In this document: one piece after another, positions 19,643-28,805 of the stretch | Layout: every line of letters starts with the position of its first letter | Position numbering within the stretch: the first letter of the stretch is position 1 | Assembly (NCBI GenBank): GCA_002360495.1 | Contig: DEQO01000055.1 | Coordinates: forward strand, 25,645 to 89,644 | Length of the DNA stretch: 64,000 nt | Origin: Flavobacteriales bacterium UBA3364 | GTDB taxonomy: Bacteria > Bacteroidota > Bacteroidia > Flavobacteriales_F > PHOS-HE28 | Direction of reading: 5' to 3' | Notes under the pieces: generated by a model | Told to the model about the DNA's origin: nothing | Seen by the model: the letters and a program-made list of their open reading frames with translations, nothing else | The model's database searches: none | Translations under genes and position numbers: made by a program

Positions 19643-21717
19643 ACATGCACGAACCAAGGCATCTCCTGGCCCTGCTCCTGGTACTTGGCTGCGCATTTCC
19701 AACGGCGGCACAGGGGCTGATGGCCATTGCGCGGAACACGAATGACTCGGTGGTGATCCGCTGGTCGCCCACAAATATCCGCACGTGGGAAGGTATCCGA
19801 CGCTACGGCGTCAAGGTGGAACGGCTTACCATTCAACAGGGAATGACGGGCAAGCCCACTGCTGATCGCATCTCGCCCGATACGATCAAGGTATGGTCCA
19901 TGGAACGCTTCCGCGCCAATTTTCCAAAGGACCATGCCTATGCGCCGGCCGTGGTGCAAGCCCTTTACGGTAAAACCTTCGCCGCGCCACCCGGCCAACC
20001 CGATCTGCGCAATGCCATGGACCGGGCCAATGACCAGCAACTGCGTTGGACCTTCTGCATGCTCTTCGCCGATATAGATGCCGGATCAGCGAATGCAATG
20101 GGGCTGCGCTGGGTGGATCGTGACCTGAGCGTGGATGCGCTCTACCTCTATCGGGTCATTGCTCTGGATCCGCTTCAACGAGATACCGCATTGATCGGCG
20201 TGAACCGCAAGAACGGTCCTGATGCAATTGCCGCTGTGCCGCAACCCGTGGCCGAGGAATTGGACGGCGCTGTCCGTTTGCAATGGGATGCTGGCAGGAC
20301 CGGCGAACAGTTCAGCGCCTACTGGATCGAACGCTCCGGCGCCGGAAAACCATGGAGCAGGGTCCACGCACGCCCATTCATCGAATCCATGGGTGTTGCT
20401 CCAGGCCCATTGGAAGTGGTGCACTATACCGACACCACATTGACCGCCAACTACGTGCCCTACCAATACCGGGTCGTTGGCGTAACACCGTTCGGCGAAG
20501 AAAGCCCACCCTCCAGCACCATTGCCGCAATGGGGCGTGATCGCACCGCACCATCCGCACCCGTGCTGAAGGAGGTGAAGGACGTGCGCGGCAAACTCGT
20601 GGTGTATTGGGACCAACCATCAGCCGCTGCGGATCTCAAAGGATTCCGCGTGGAGAAATCCCCGGAACCACAAGTGGGCTTTCTCCCTCTGCACGAAGGT
20701 CTGTTGCCAACAACAGCGCGATCATTCACGGACACCTCGACATTCCTGATCGGCGAGAACCATTTCCGCGTCGTGGCCTTGGACACCGCCAACAACGCAT
20801 CGTTCTCGTTGACCGGTTACGGTTCGCTCATTGATTCGATCGCGCCCTCCACCCCGACCGCATTGACCGGTTCCATTGATACACTCGGCGTGGTGCGCCT
20901 GCATTGGAAAGTGGGGCCGGAGCAGGACCTGCTCGGCTACCGCGTGTTCTTCGCCAACGCAACGGACCACGAATTCACCAATCGGACCGGTGTTCCGGTA
21001 GGCGATACCACGTTCACCGATACGATCCCGTTGAATACCCTGACGAAACGCATCCATTACCGCATCGCGGCAGTCGATCGCAATTTCAACCATAGCGATC
21101 TCGGGCCGATCCTCACTCTTCTTAAACCCGACATCGTTCCGCCGACGGCACCCGTTTTCGCTGGACAACAGGTCTCGGACACCACGGTTACCCTGCGCTT
21201 CGTCCCAAGCTCCAGCGAGGACCTCGCGCACCACCGGCTATTGCGGAAACTGCAGGGCGATACCATTTGGACCGAGCTCTTCATCTGGCCCGCAAGTGAT
21301 GTACGACGGGAGATCACCGATGGGACCGTGAACGGTCCAGCCTACTTCAGCTACTCGATCATCGCGGTGGACAGTGCCGGCAATAGCACCAGTGCCCCGG
21401 GTACGGCGGATGTCCGCGTACACAAGCACCTGCGCAAAGCAGGGCCTTCCGGCCTGCGAGGTTTTCACGACCCGCTGAGCAAGATGGTGCAGTTGAACTG
21501 GTCAGCGCCGTCGGCACAGGTGAAGCACTACATCATCTATCGGAGCAAGGATGGAGGCAACTTGGTTTCGCTCGCTTCAGTAGAGGGATCGCGTACTGGT
21601 TTCGAGGATATGCGATTGACAGGGGTCGGTCGCTACGACTATCAGCTTCAAGCGGTCTATTCCGATGGTGGCGTTTCGGCCATGGTACCCTGCGCGAACC
21701 CCATCGAGGTGAGATGA
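19639..21717 (+). CDS. Secreted multi-FN3-domain protein
   Basis: 692 aa with signal peptide MNMHEPRHLLALLLVLGCAFPTAAQG. Five or more FN3-like units with recurring motifs (VVIRWSP, YGVKVERL, LQWDAG..YWIERS, GFRVEKS, LGYRVFFA, KHYIIYRS). Start overlaps the giant gene stop. Confidence 0.8.
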   Translation: MNMHEPRHLLALLLVLGCAFPTAAQGLMAIARNTNDSVVIRWSPTNIRTWEGIRRYGVKVERLTIQQGMTGKPTADRISPDTIKVWSMERFRANFPKDHAYAPAVVQALYGKTFAAPPGQPDLRNAMDRANDQQLRWTFCMLFADIDAGSANAMGLRWVDRDLSVDALYLYRVIALDPLQRDTALIGVNRKNGPDAIAAVPQPVAEELDGAVRLQWDAGRTGEQFSAYWIERSGAGKPWSRVHARPFIESMGVAPGPLEVVHYTDTTLTANYVPYQYRVVGVTPFGEESPPSSTIAAMGRDRTAPSAPVLKEVKDVRGKLVVYWDQPSAAADLKGFRVEKSPEPQVGFLPLHEGLLPTTARSFTDTSTFLIGENHFRVVALDTANNASFSLTGYGSLIDSIAPSTPTALTGSIDTLGVVRLHWKVGPEQDLLGYRVFFANATDHEFTNRTGVPVGDTTFTDTIPLNTLTKRIHYRIAAVDRNFNHSDLGPILTLLKPDIVPPTAPVFAGQQVSDTTVTLRFVPSSSEDLAHHRLLRKLQGDTIWTELFIWPASDVRREITDGTVNGPAYFSYSIIAVDSAGNSTSAPGTADVRVHKHLRKAGPSGLRGFHDPLSKMVQLNWSAPSAQVKHYIIYRSKDGGNLVSLASVEGSRTGFEDMRLTGVGRYDYQLQAVYSDGGVSAMVPCANPIEVR

Positions 21718-21837
21718 CGCTCTTCTTCGCCCTACCACCTAAGTGTTATTGATATGCCAGCCGCATACCAAGTACTTCGTGTTTGCATGAAGCCCCCACG
21801 GACCCACAATACAAGCGAACCCCAAACGCCGGTACCC

Positions 21838-22329
21838 ATGAACAAACCATCCTTCCGTGGTCCACTGGCCTTGTTGGCCTTCGTCCTGGGAACAGGGTAT
21901 TGCGCCGGACAAAGTGTCCTGTCCGCCGGCGGTGGAACAAACGATACCGGTCCTACGCGCATTACCTACACCATCGGTGAACCCGTGATCACCACGGAGG
22001 GCAATGGAGCGAGCCAACTCACCCAAGGCTTCAACCAACCATGGGTCGACATCAACACCGCCGTGGACGACCCTGGCATCGGCGAGAACACCATCAGTGT
22101 CTACCCCAACCCGGTACGCCATGTGTTGAACATCGCACTTTCGGAAGACCCGGCCGATCATCGGTACGAGTTGTTCGATGCGGTGGGCAAGCGGGTCCTC
22201 GACGGCCGGGTAGAGGGCACGATCACTGAACTGGATATGGAGCCCTATGCCAGCGGGGGTTACTTCCTGCGCGTGTTCGGCCCCGATGATTCCTTCCTCC
22301 GTTCATTCAAGATCAGCGTTACCCACTAG
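21838..22329 (+). CDS. Small secreted protein with T9SS type-A C-terminal sorting domain
   Basis: Listed ORF 21754..22329; internal ATG at 21838 gives signal peptide MNKPSFRGPLALLAFVLGTGYCAGQ. C-terminal ISVYPNPVRHVLNIAL...YFLRVFG...KISV is a Por_Secre_tail-like CTD. Confidence 0.7.
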   Translation: MNKPSFRGPLALLAFVLGTGYCAGQSVLSAGGGTNDTGPTRITYTIGEPVITTEGNGASQLTQGFNQPWVDINTAVDDPGIGENTISVYPNPVRHVLNIALSEDPADHRYELFDAVGKRVLDGRVEGTITELDMEPYASGGYFLRVFGPDDSFLRSFKISVTH

Positions 22330-22332
22330 ACC

Positions 22333-24975
22333 ATGAAACAGCGCATCCTCCTCCTCTTTGCGATCCTGTTCGCAGCAGGACTTCACGCCCAAACACCTCA
22401 ACGCATCAACTACCAGGCTATCCTGCGTGATGCTGGTGGCGCCATCCTGCCGAACAGCAGCAACACGTTGGGTATCGCCATCCTTCAAGGCAGTACTTCC
22501 GGTGCGGTGGTCTACAACGAGAACCACAGTGTGACCACCAATGGTTTTGGATTGGCCAACGTGGCCATCGGTAGCGGGACCATCGTCAGTGGCTCCATGG
22601 CCGCGATCGACTGGAGCGACGGACCCTACTTCGTACGCACAAGCGTGAACGGAACGCCGTTGGGTACTTCGCAATTGCTCAGCGTGCCCTATGCCCTCTT
22701 TGCGGAAACGAGCAATACCCCGGGGCCACAAGGGCCGCAAGGGGAAGATGGACCTGCTGGACCCCAAGGTCTTCAAGGCATCCCAGGAACTGCCGGTGCA
22801 ACTGGGGCACAAGGGCCTCCGGGGGCTACCGGACCACAGGGTCCGGCCGGACCACAAGGACCACAAGGGAACGTAGGACCTGCCGGGGCTGACGGCACCG
22901 GGGTCACCATTTTGGGAACATTGGACGACGAGAGCGAACTACCCCCAACTGGAAACCCCGGTGATGCCTATCTCATCGACGGGAGCCTGTACGTTTGGTC
23001 CACCACCACCAACGACTGGACCAACTCCGGCAATATCCAAGGACCCGAAGGACCGCAAGGACCACAAGGACCGCAAGGACCAGCAGGAGCTACGGGGGCA
23101 GCAGGAGCAACGGGAGCAGCGGGGCCGCAAGGATCACCTGGGCCACAAGGAACGCCTGGTACTCCTGGTGCTGATGGGGCAGATGGACGAACAGTGCTCA
23201 ATGGTGCAACGAACCCAACGGCCGGGACCGGTGCCAATGGAGACTTCTACATCAATACAGCGGCCAATACGCTCTTCGGGCCCAAGACCGGTGGCGCTTG
23301 GGGTACCGGTGTTCCGCTTGTTGGGCCGCAGGGTGCCATGGGAGCACAAGGAACGCCCGGCGCGACCGGACCACAAGGAACGCCCGGCACCAATGGCGCC
23401 CCGGGCGCTCCTGGGTCGCAAGGTCCTCCGGGAACGAACGGCACCAATGGTGTTGACGGCCGGACCGTGCTGAACGGCACAACTGATCCAGCTAACTCCC
23501 TGGGTGAGAATGGCGACTTCTATATCAACACGACCACCTACTTCCTCTTCGGACCGAAGGCCAATGATCTCTGGAACGAACAGACCGCAATTTCCTTGGT
23601 AGGACCCGAAGGACCAGCGGGTGCAGGAGGCTGGGCATTGACCGGGAATGCCGGCACTGTGCCAGGCACCAACTTCCTGGGTACCACGGATGACCAACCG
23701 CTCCAATTCAAGGTGAACAACATCTATTCAGGCTGGATCAGTGGAGCGGGAAGCACAAGCTTCGGGTATCAGGCCTTCGGCCCAACGAACACCACCATTG
23801 ATGCCAATACCGCATTCGGGTTCCGTGCGCTCACGGCAGCGACTGGCGCAGGGATCGCCAATGCTGCTTTCGGTCGGCGTACCCTGAACCAGTTGACAAC
23901 AGGATTGAGCAATTCCGCTTTCGGCGATCAGTGTATGCTGAATACCACAACAGGCGGTTTCAACTGTGCGATCGGCCAGGGAACGCTTGGGGCGAACACC
24001 ACCGGGAACAATAACACCGCTTTGGGCTATCGCGCCATGAACGACAATACCATCGGCTTCTCCAATGTCGCCATCGGTATCAACGCCTTGCGCCGCAACA
24101 CCGAACGGGGAAACCTCGTTGCCATTGGCGACAGCGCGTTGTTCAACAATGGCGTTGGTGCCGTATTCGATCCGATCGAGGGTATCGTGGAGGCCTTTAG
24201 CAATACTGCGGTAGGCTCGAAATCACTCTTCGCGAATACCAAAGGCTCCTTCAACACAGCAATGGGGAACCTGGCCTTACGCAATAACACGATTGGAGAC
24301 AACAACACCGCCGTTGGCGATGGGGCGATCAGCGCTTCAACAGCTGGCGATCGCTCAACGGCCGTAGGCGCTTTGGCACTCGCCAACACCACCGCCTCCT
24401 TCAACACTGCGCTAGGCTACGGCACCGGGCCATCCTCGAACAGCTCGAGCAACACCACCTCTCTAGGCTATCAGGCAACTTGTACTGGAGGCAACATGGT
24501 GCGCTTGGGCAACAGCGCCGTAACGAGCATCGGCGGCTACGCCGGCTGGACGAACATCAGCGATGCACGCGTGAAGGACGATGTTCGCACGGATGTGCCC
24601 GGTCTTGAGTTCATCTCGCGATTGCGTCCGGTGACATACCACCTCAACATCGATCGCATCGCCGCGCATCTGAACGAGGATACGCAGGTGGACAAGCATG
24701 GCAACCGAGTGCCGAGGCTTGCATCGGCTGAGGAGCTCCAAGCCCGTTCCGAGAAAGCCGCACTGCGCTACACGGGCTTCATCGCGCAGGAGGTGGAGGC
24801 CGCAGCCCAAGCCACGGGCTTCGATTTCAGCGGGGTGGACAAGACCGGCGGCGGCGATGACCTCATCGGCCTGCGCTACGCCGAATTCGTCGTGCCCTTG
24901 GTGAAAGCCGTACAGGAGCAACAAGCGATCATCGAAGAGCTGGGCAAGCGGATCGCAGAGCTTGAACGGCGCTAG
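22333..24975 (+). CDS. Collagen-triple-helix / tail-fibre-repeat protein with C-terminal peptidase S74 (intramolecular chaperone auto-processing) domain
   Basis: 880 aa with signal peptide [20 protein letters not shown]. Three G-X-Y collagen blocks ([16 protein letters not shown]...), each followed by a ~45-aa globular module (RTVLNG.T.P...GDFYINT..LFGPK). Long NTA/G tail-fibre-like repeats follow ([33 protein letters not shown]). C-terminal [62 protein letters not shown] matches the phage endosialidase chaperone (S74) domain. Confidence 0.85.
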   Translation: MKQRILLLFAILFAAGLHAQTPQRINYQAILRDAGGAILPNSSNTLGIAILQGSTSGAVVYNENHSVTTNGFGLANVAIGSGTIVSGSMAAIDWSDGPYFVRTSVNGTPLGTSQLLSVPYALFAETSNTPGPQGPQGEDGPAGPQGLQGIPGTAGATGAQGPPGATGPQGPAGPQGPQGNVGPAGADGTGVTILGTLDDESELPPTGNPGDAYLIDGSLYVWSTTTNDWTNSGNIQGPEGPQGPQGPQGPAGATGAAGATGAAGPQGSPGPQGTPGTPGADGADGRTVLNGATNPTAGTGANGDFYINTAANTLFGPKTGGAWGTGVPLVGPQGAMGAQGTPGATGPQGTPGTNGAPGAPGSQGPPGTNGTNGVDGRTVLNGTTDPANSLGENGDFYINTTTYFLFGPKANDLWNEQTAISLVGPEGPAGAGGWALTGNAGTVPGTNFLGTTDDQPLQFKVNNIYSGWISGAGSTSFGYQAFGPTNTTIDANTAFGFRALTAATGAGIANAAFGRRTLNQLTTGLSNSAFGDQCMLNTTTGGFNCAIGQGTLGANTTGNNNTALGYRAMNDNTIGFSNVAIGINALRRNTERGNLVAIGDSALFNNGVGAVFDPIEGIVEAFSNTAVGSKSLFANTKGSFNTAMGNLALRNNTIGDNNTAVGDGAISASTAGDRSTAVGALALANTTASFNTALGYGTGPSSNSSSNTTSLGYQATCTGGNMVRLGNSAVTSIGGYAGWTNISDARVKDDVRTDVPGLEFISRLRPVTYHLNIDRIAAHLNEDTQVDKHGNRVPRLASAEELQARSEKAALRYTGFIAQEVEAAAQATGFDFSGVDKTGGGDDLIGLRYAEFVVPLVKAVQEQQAIIEELGKRIAELERR
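22723..22899 (+). repeat. Collagen-like G-X-Y triplet repeat block 1 (tandem 9-bp ggnccncaa units)
   Basis: Translates to aa 131-189 of the 880-aa protein, [60 protein letters not shown]. Direct repetition of ggaccacaagg/ggaccgcaagg is visible in the DNA. Confidence 0.8.
23041..23187 (+). repeat. Collagen-like G-X-Y repeat block 2
   Basis: aa 237-285: [49 protein letters not shown]. Confidence 0.8.
23323..23457 (+). repeat. Collagen-like G-X-Y repeat block 3
   Basis: aa 331-375: [46 protein letters not shown]. Confidence 0.8.
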
Positions 24976-25351
24976 CCTGGACAGGGTATTGATGCCATTT
25001 GCAGCATGAGTTCGATCTGGTCTGCGACGCCCTACAGCCGAGCCGCTGTCCGGGCTCCAAGCCGCTGTTCGCTGCGCCGCTCGCTCTTGTCTGACACGAT
25101 GAGAGCTGCGAGAACAACTCGATCATCAGGGCCCTTGGTCCAGCTGGGTTCCGTCCCTAGGGCGGCCTCATGCCCTATGCACTGATCCTATGCACTGCGT
25201 TCAATCCGCTACCGAAAAGCGACGATTGCCCGTCCCAAGGAATCTGGCTCTAGCGCAAACGTCTTCGATCTTGGCATCTAACGAAAGTTACCCCGTTCAA
25301 AGCCTTGATTTCCTCGCTCGTAGAAGGGTTCTACGCTACTTTCACCCCATC

Positions 25352-26659
25352 ATGTGGCGATGCTTTTGGGTATCGGCGGCGATTGCAGCGCACAGTGCGG
25401 TGCTGGGTCAGAACGTGGGGATCAGCGCGGACGGATCCGCGCCGCATGCCAGCGCCTTGCTCGATGTGGATGCTGCTGCCCTTCCGGCTGCTGATAAGCG
25501 GGGCCTGCTCATACCCCGGGTGACCACTGCTGAGCGGAACGCCATCCCCTCTCCTGCGACCGGCCTGCTGGTGTACGACAGCACGTTGAACGCTTTCTGG
25601 TACTTCGACGGCACAGCATGGGTTCCCATCGGCATAGCCAGCGAAGTGGACCCCACCTGGGGTGGATCCAACTTGGAAACCGCTGCCTCCTGGCGCAGTG
25701 GTGATGTCGGTCTTGGCATGAGCGCTGCGCCCAACTCCAAGTTGCAGGTGGTAGGCCGGGTGTTCATCGATAACAGCACCTTCATCCATGGCCTTGCCGG
25801 CAACCCGGCACTTGTGGCGGACGGCGCCCTGAACGAGGACATCATGCGCATCCGCGATGTGGGGGCCAACAACCGGCTTCTCGTCAACTCCGCCGGGAAT
25901 GTGGGGATCAGCACCTCCGCACCTACCGCGAGGCTGTCGATCGCTACCCCGCTCGGCGAGTATGAATTGACCGGCACGGCAGCATCGACCACCCTCAAGA
26001 CCAATACCGGCGGGCTTGGCACTATCGCCGGCAATACCTTGAAGTTGGCAAGCTTGGGGTTCAGGACCAACGCTCTCGCTGACAATGTCTCATTGGGCGT
26101 CACAGCGCTAAGGACCGCGAACGGCACCACGTCCACCACCACCGCCCTCGGCCTGACGTTCGACGTGAACAATACCTCACCGGTGAACAATGCCGAGATC
26201 TGGTTGACCAACGCGGGGAACATCGGCATCGGCTCGAACGCCCCCACGGCGCGCCTCGACGTGAACGGCAAGGCACGGAGCACCGCCATTTATGGTACTG
26301 GTGGGATCACCGCGGCCATCACCACCACCTCCACAACCCTGGTGAACGCCACTGGCCTGAGCGCCACGGTCGCGGTCCAGAACAACGACATCATCAAAGT
26401 GGATTGTGCGTGCAACCTGCAGAACACCATTGGTACCACCTTCATGACCGTCACGAATTCAGCCGGGACTGGCGTGTGGGTCCAAACGCCCAACCTGATC
26501 CAGGTGCAGGGCCCGGTATGGAGCGGCGGTTACAGCACCGGCATCATGCGCGCCACAGCCGATGGCAACATCACCTTTCAAGCACAGTGGCGCGTGAGCA
26601 CCTCCACGGGTTCCGCCAACAACTGCAATATCACAGCGGTGGTGATCGGCAAGCAATAG
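25352..26659 (+). CDS. Secreted fibre-like / beta-helical hypothetical protein
   Basis: Listed ORF 25190..26659; ATG at 25352 gives signal peptide MWRCFWVSAAIAAHSAVLGQ. N-terminal motif GLLIPRVTTAERNAIPSPATGLLVYDSTLNAFWYFDGTAWVPI, then Gly/Asn/Thr/Ala-rich repeats (NSAGNVGISTSAPTARL, NAGNIGIGSNAPTARL). Function unknown. Confidence 0.65.
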   Translation: MWRCFWVSAAIAAHSAVLGQNVGISADGSAPHASALLDVDAAALPAADKRGLLIPRVTTAERNAIPSPATGLLVYDSTLNAFWYFDGTAWVPIGIASEVDPTWGGSNLETAASWRSGDVGLGMSAAPNSKLQVVGRVFIDNSTFIHGLAGNPALVADGALNEDIMRIRDVGANNRLLVNSAGNVGISTSAPTARLSIATPLGEYELTGTAASTTLKTNTGGLGTIAGNTLKLASLGFRTNALADNVSLGVTALRTANGTTSTTTALGLTFDVNNTSPVNNAEIWLTNAGNIGIGSNAPTARLDVNGKARSTAIYGTGGITAAITTTSTTLVNATGLSATVAVQNNDIIKVDCACNLQNTIGTTFMTVTNSAGTGVWVQTPNLIQVQGPVWSGGYSTGIMRATADGNITFQAQWRVSTSTGSANNCNITAVVIGKQ

Positions 26660-26680
26660 ATCATTCCAAAGGACGACCTG

Positions 26681-28606
26681 ATGATCCGACCGCATCGCGA
26701 CAGTGTCCGGGCCGTGCGCTCTCCATCGATCTTCACGCGGCGCCTGGCATTGTTCAGCGTCCTTTTCATGGGGCACTATTGCGCAGCCATCCAAGCGAAC
26801 TTGGATTCGTTGTTCCAGGTCTGGCAGGACACCACCAGGCACGATACCATTCGACTGGACGCGCTGAACCGGTTCCTCTTCAGCGACTTCCTGCATCAGG
26901 ATCCGGATAGCGCGCTTCGCATCAATGAAGCGCGGCTGGCACTGGCCAAGGCCAAGGGATACCGGCAGGCAGAAGCCGAGGCCTATAACCTGCGAGGGTA
27001 CATCCTGTTCACACGGGGTGACCATGCCAAGGCCATTACGAACTACACCGACTGCCTGCGTATCTACGAGCAGTTGGGCAAGAGAACGGGGATCGGCGCG
27101 GCACTCAGCGGCATCGGAAGCATCTACTACCATCAAGGTGAGCACGCCAAAGCGCTGGACTATTTCGAACGTGGGCTGAAAGCGAATGAGGAAGCGGGCC
27201 ATGAGCCGGGGATCGCGATATGCCTGAACAACATGGGCAACGTCTACGCGGATAAGGGCGAGCCCGAGAAAGCCCTGGAATACTATGAACGCGTGCTCAA
27301 GATCCGCAAGGCACGGAACGACGTTCGTAGCATCGCATCAACACTCAACAACATCGCGCTGGTCCATGCCGACATGGCCTTGGTCGACGACAGAGAAGAA
27401 AGGACAGCCCAAGCGGCAGCGCAGCGCAAGGTGGCGATCGATAAGCTGAACGAGAGCATCGGCTATTACCAGGAGGTTGGCGATCACCAGGGCGAGTGCG
27501 GCGCGTTCGCCAACATCGCGAGCATCTACGCCGACGAAGGCGGCCGGGACCCGGAGATCATCCAATACTCGCTGAAGGCCCTGCCCATCGCAAAGGAACA
27601 TGGGCTTCTGACCGAGGCCCGGGAGATCCATTTCGCCTTGTCCAGGGCCTATCAACGCATGGGCAAGCATGCACTGGCCCTCGATATGTACAAGGAGTAC
27701 ATCCTGATACGCGACAGCATACGCAGCGAGGACAACAAACAGGAGATCCTCCGGCAGCAAATGCAATACGACTTCGACAAGAAGGAGGCCAAGACACTTG
27801 CCGAACAGGAGAAACGGGATGCCGTGGCCAAGCAGGACCTCCGTCGGCAGAAGGTGATCCGGAACGCCTTCATGGGTGGCTTCATGCTTGTTGCACTATT
27901 CGCCGGAGTATTCCTTTCTCAGCGGAACCGCATCAGCAAGGAAAAGGCACGCAGCGAAGAGCTCTTGTTGAATATCCTTCCCGAAGAAGTGGCGGAGGAA
28001 CTCAAGGCCAAGGGTGAAGCCGATGCCCGCTTGATAGACCAGGTCACCGTGCTCTTCACCGACTTCAAGGGTTTTACCGCCATGAGCGAGGTCCTCACTC
28101 CGAAGGATCTGGTCCGCGACCTCCATGAGTGTTTCAGCGCTTTCGATCGCATCTGTGAAAAGCACCATCTGGAGAAGATCAAGACCATCGGCGATGCTTA
28201 CATGGCTGCCGGTGGATTGCCCGTGGCGAACACCACCCATGCGCTGGATGTGATCAATGCCGCACTGGAAATGCGCGACTTCATCGCCGAGGGTAAGGCA
28301 CGGAAGATCGCGACGGGCCAGCCTTACTTCGAGGTCCGCATCGGTGTCCATTCCGGCCCCGTGGTCGCAGGCATCGTGGGCGTGAAGAAATTCAGTTACG
28401 ACATCTGGGGCGACACGGTGAATACAGCGAGCCGCATGGAGAGCAGCGGAGAAGCGGGCCAAGTGAACATCAGCGAGGCGACCCATGATCTCTTGAAGGA
28501 TGGGACGGGGTTGACCTTCGCACCCCGTGGCAAAGTGCAGGCGAAGGGCAAGGGGGAGATGGAGATGTACTTCGTTCGCCGAAGCTCAGAAGAAGCCGGG
28601 GCGTGA
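26681..28606 (+). CDS. TPR-repeat, membrane-anchored class III adenylate/guanylate cyclase
   Basis: 641 aa: N-terminal signal, TPR repeats and a TM (GGFMLVALFAGVFL), then a cyclase catalytic domain: VLFTDFKGFTAMSE, KIKTIGDAYMAAGGLP, RIGVHSGPVVAGIVGVKKFSYDIWGDTVNTASRMES. Confidence 0.85.
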   Translation: MIRPHRDSVRAVRSPSIFTRRLALFSVLFMGHYCAAIQANLDSLFQVWQDTTRHDTIRLDALNRFLFSDFLHQDPDSALRINEARLALAKAKGYRQAEAEAYNLRGYILFTRGDHAKAITNYTDCLRIYEQLGKRTGIGAALSGIGSIYYHQGEHAKALDYFERGLKANEEAGHEPGIAICLNNMGNVYADKGEPEKALEYYERVLKIRKARNDVRSIASTLNNIALVHADMALVDDREERTAQAAAQRKVAIDKLNESIGYYQEVGDHQGECGAFANIASIYADEGGRDPEIIQYSLKALPIAKEHGLLTEAREIHFALSRAYQRMGKHALALDMYKEYILIRDSIRSEDNKQEILRQQMQYDFDKKEAKTLAEQEKRDAVAKQDLRRQKVIRNAFMGGFMLVALFAGVFLSQRNRISKEKARSEELLLNILPEEVAEELKAKGEADARLIDQVTVLFTDFKGFTAMSEVLTPKDLVRDLHECFSAFDRICEKHHLEKIKTIGDAYMAAGGLPVANTTHALDVINAALEMRDFIAEGKARKIATGQPYFEVRIGVHSGPVVAGIVGVKKFSYDIWGDTVNTASRMESSGEAGQVNISEATHDLLKDGTGLTFAPRGKVQAKGKGEMEMYFVRRSSEEAGA

Positions 28607-28703
28607 CTTGGTTCCGCTCGGACAATTGCGGGCACGACCTACACGGCCAGACTCATCAAGCAGTAGTCCCGTTCGGCTCGTAGCACCGTTGCCGACCATA
28701 CAT

Positions 28704-28756
28704 CCCCGCACGGCGGAGCGACAGGTCCATGCGGTCCGTTGCTGCGCCGTGCGGGG
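28704..28756 (+). terminator. GC-rich stem-loop (12-bp perfect stem CCCCGCACGGCG / CGCCGTGCGGGG, 29-nt loop) between the cyclase gene and asnS
   Basis: Read from the sequence. Sits 98 nt after the cyclase stop and 50 nt before the asnS ATG. No clear U-tract follows, so a terminator versus 5'-UTR structure cannot be distinguished. Confidence 0.3.
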
Positions 28757-28805
28757 CATTAGTTCCTCGTGGTTCCATGGGCCTTCGTTCCTTTGCCCAC
28801 CGATC

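Noticed and set aside
22333-26659. Prophage or phage remnant
   Set aside because: Only tail-fibre-like genes are present. No integrase, terminase, capsid, portal or attachment-site repeats are present, the flanking tRNA at 47.4 kb is far away, and the fibre proteins carry Sec signal peptides, which fits cellular surface proteins.
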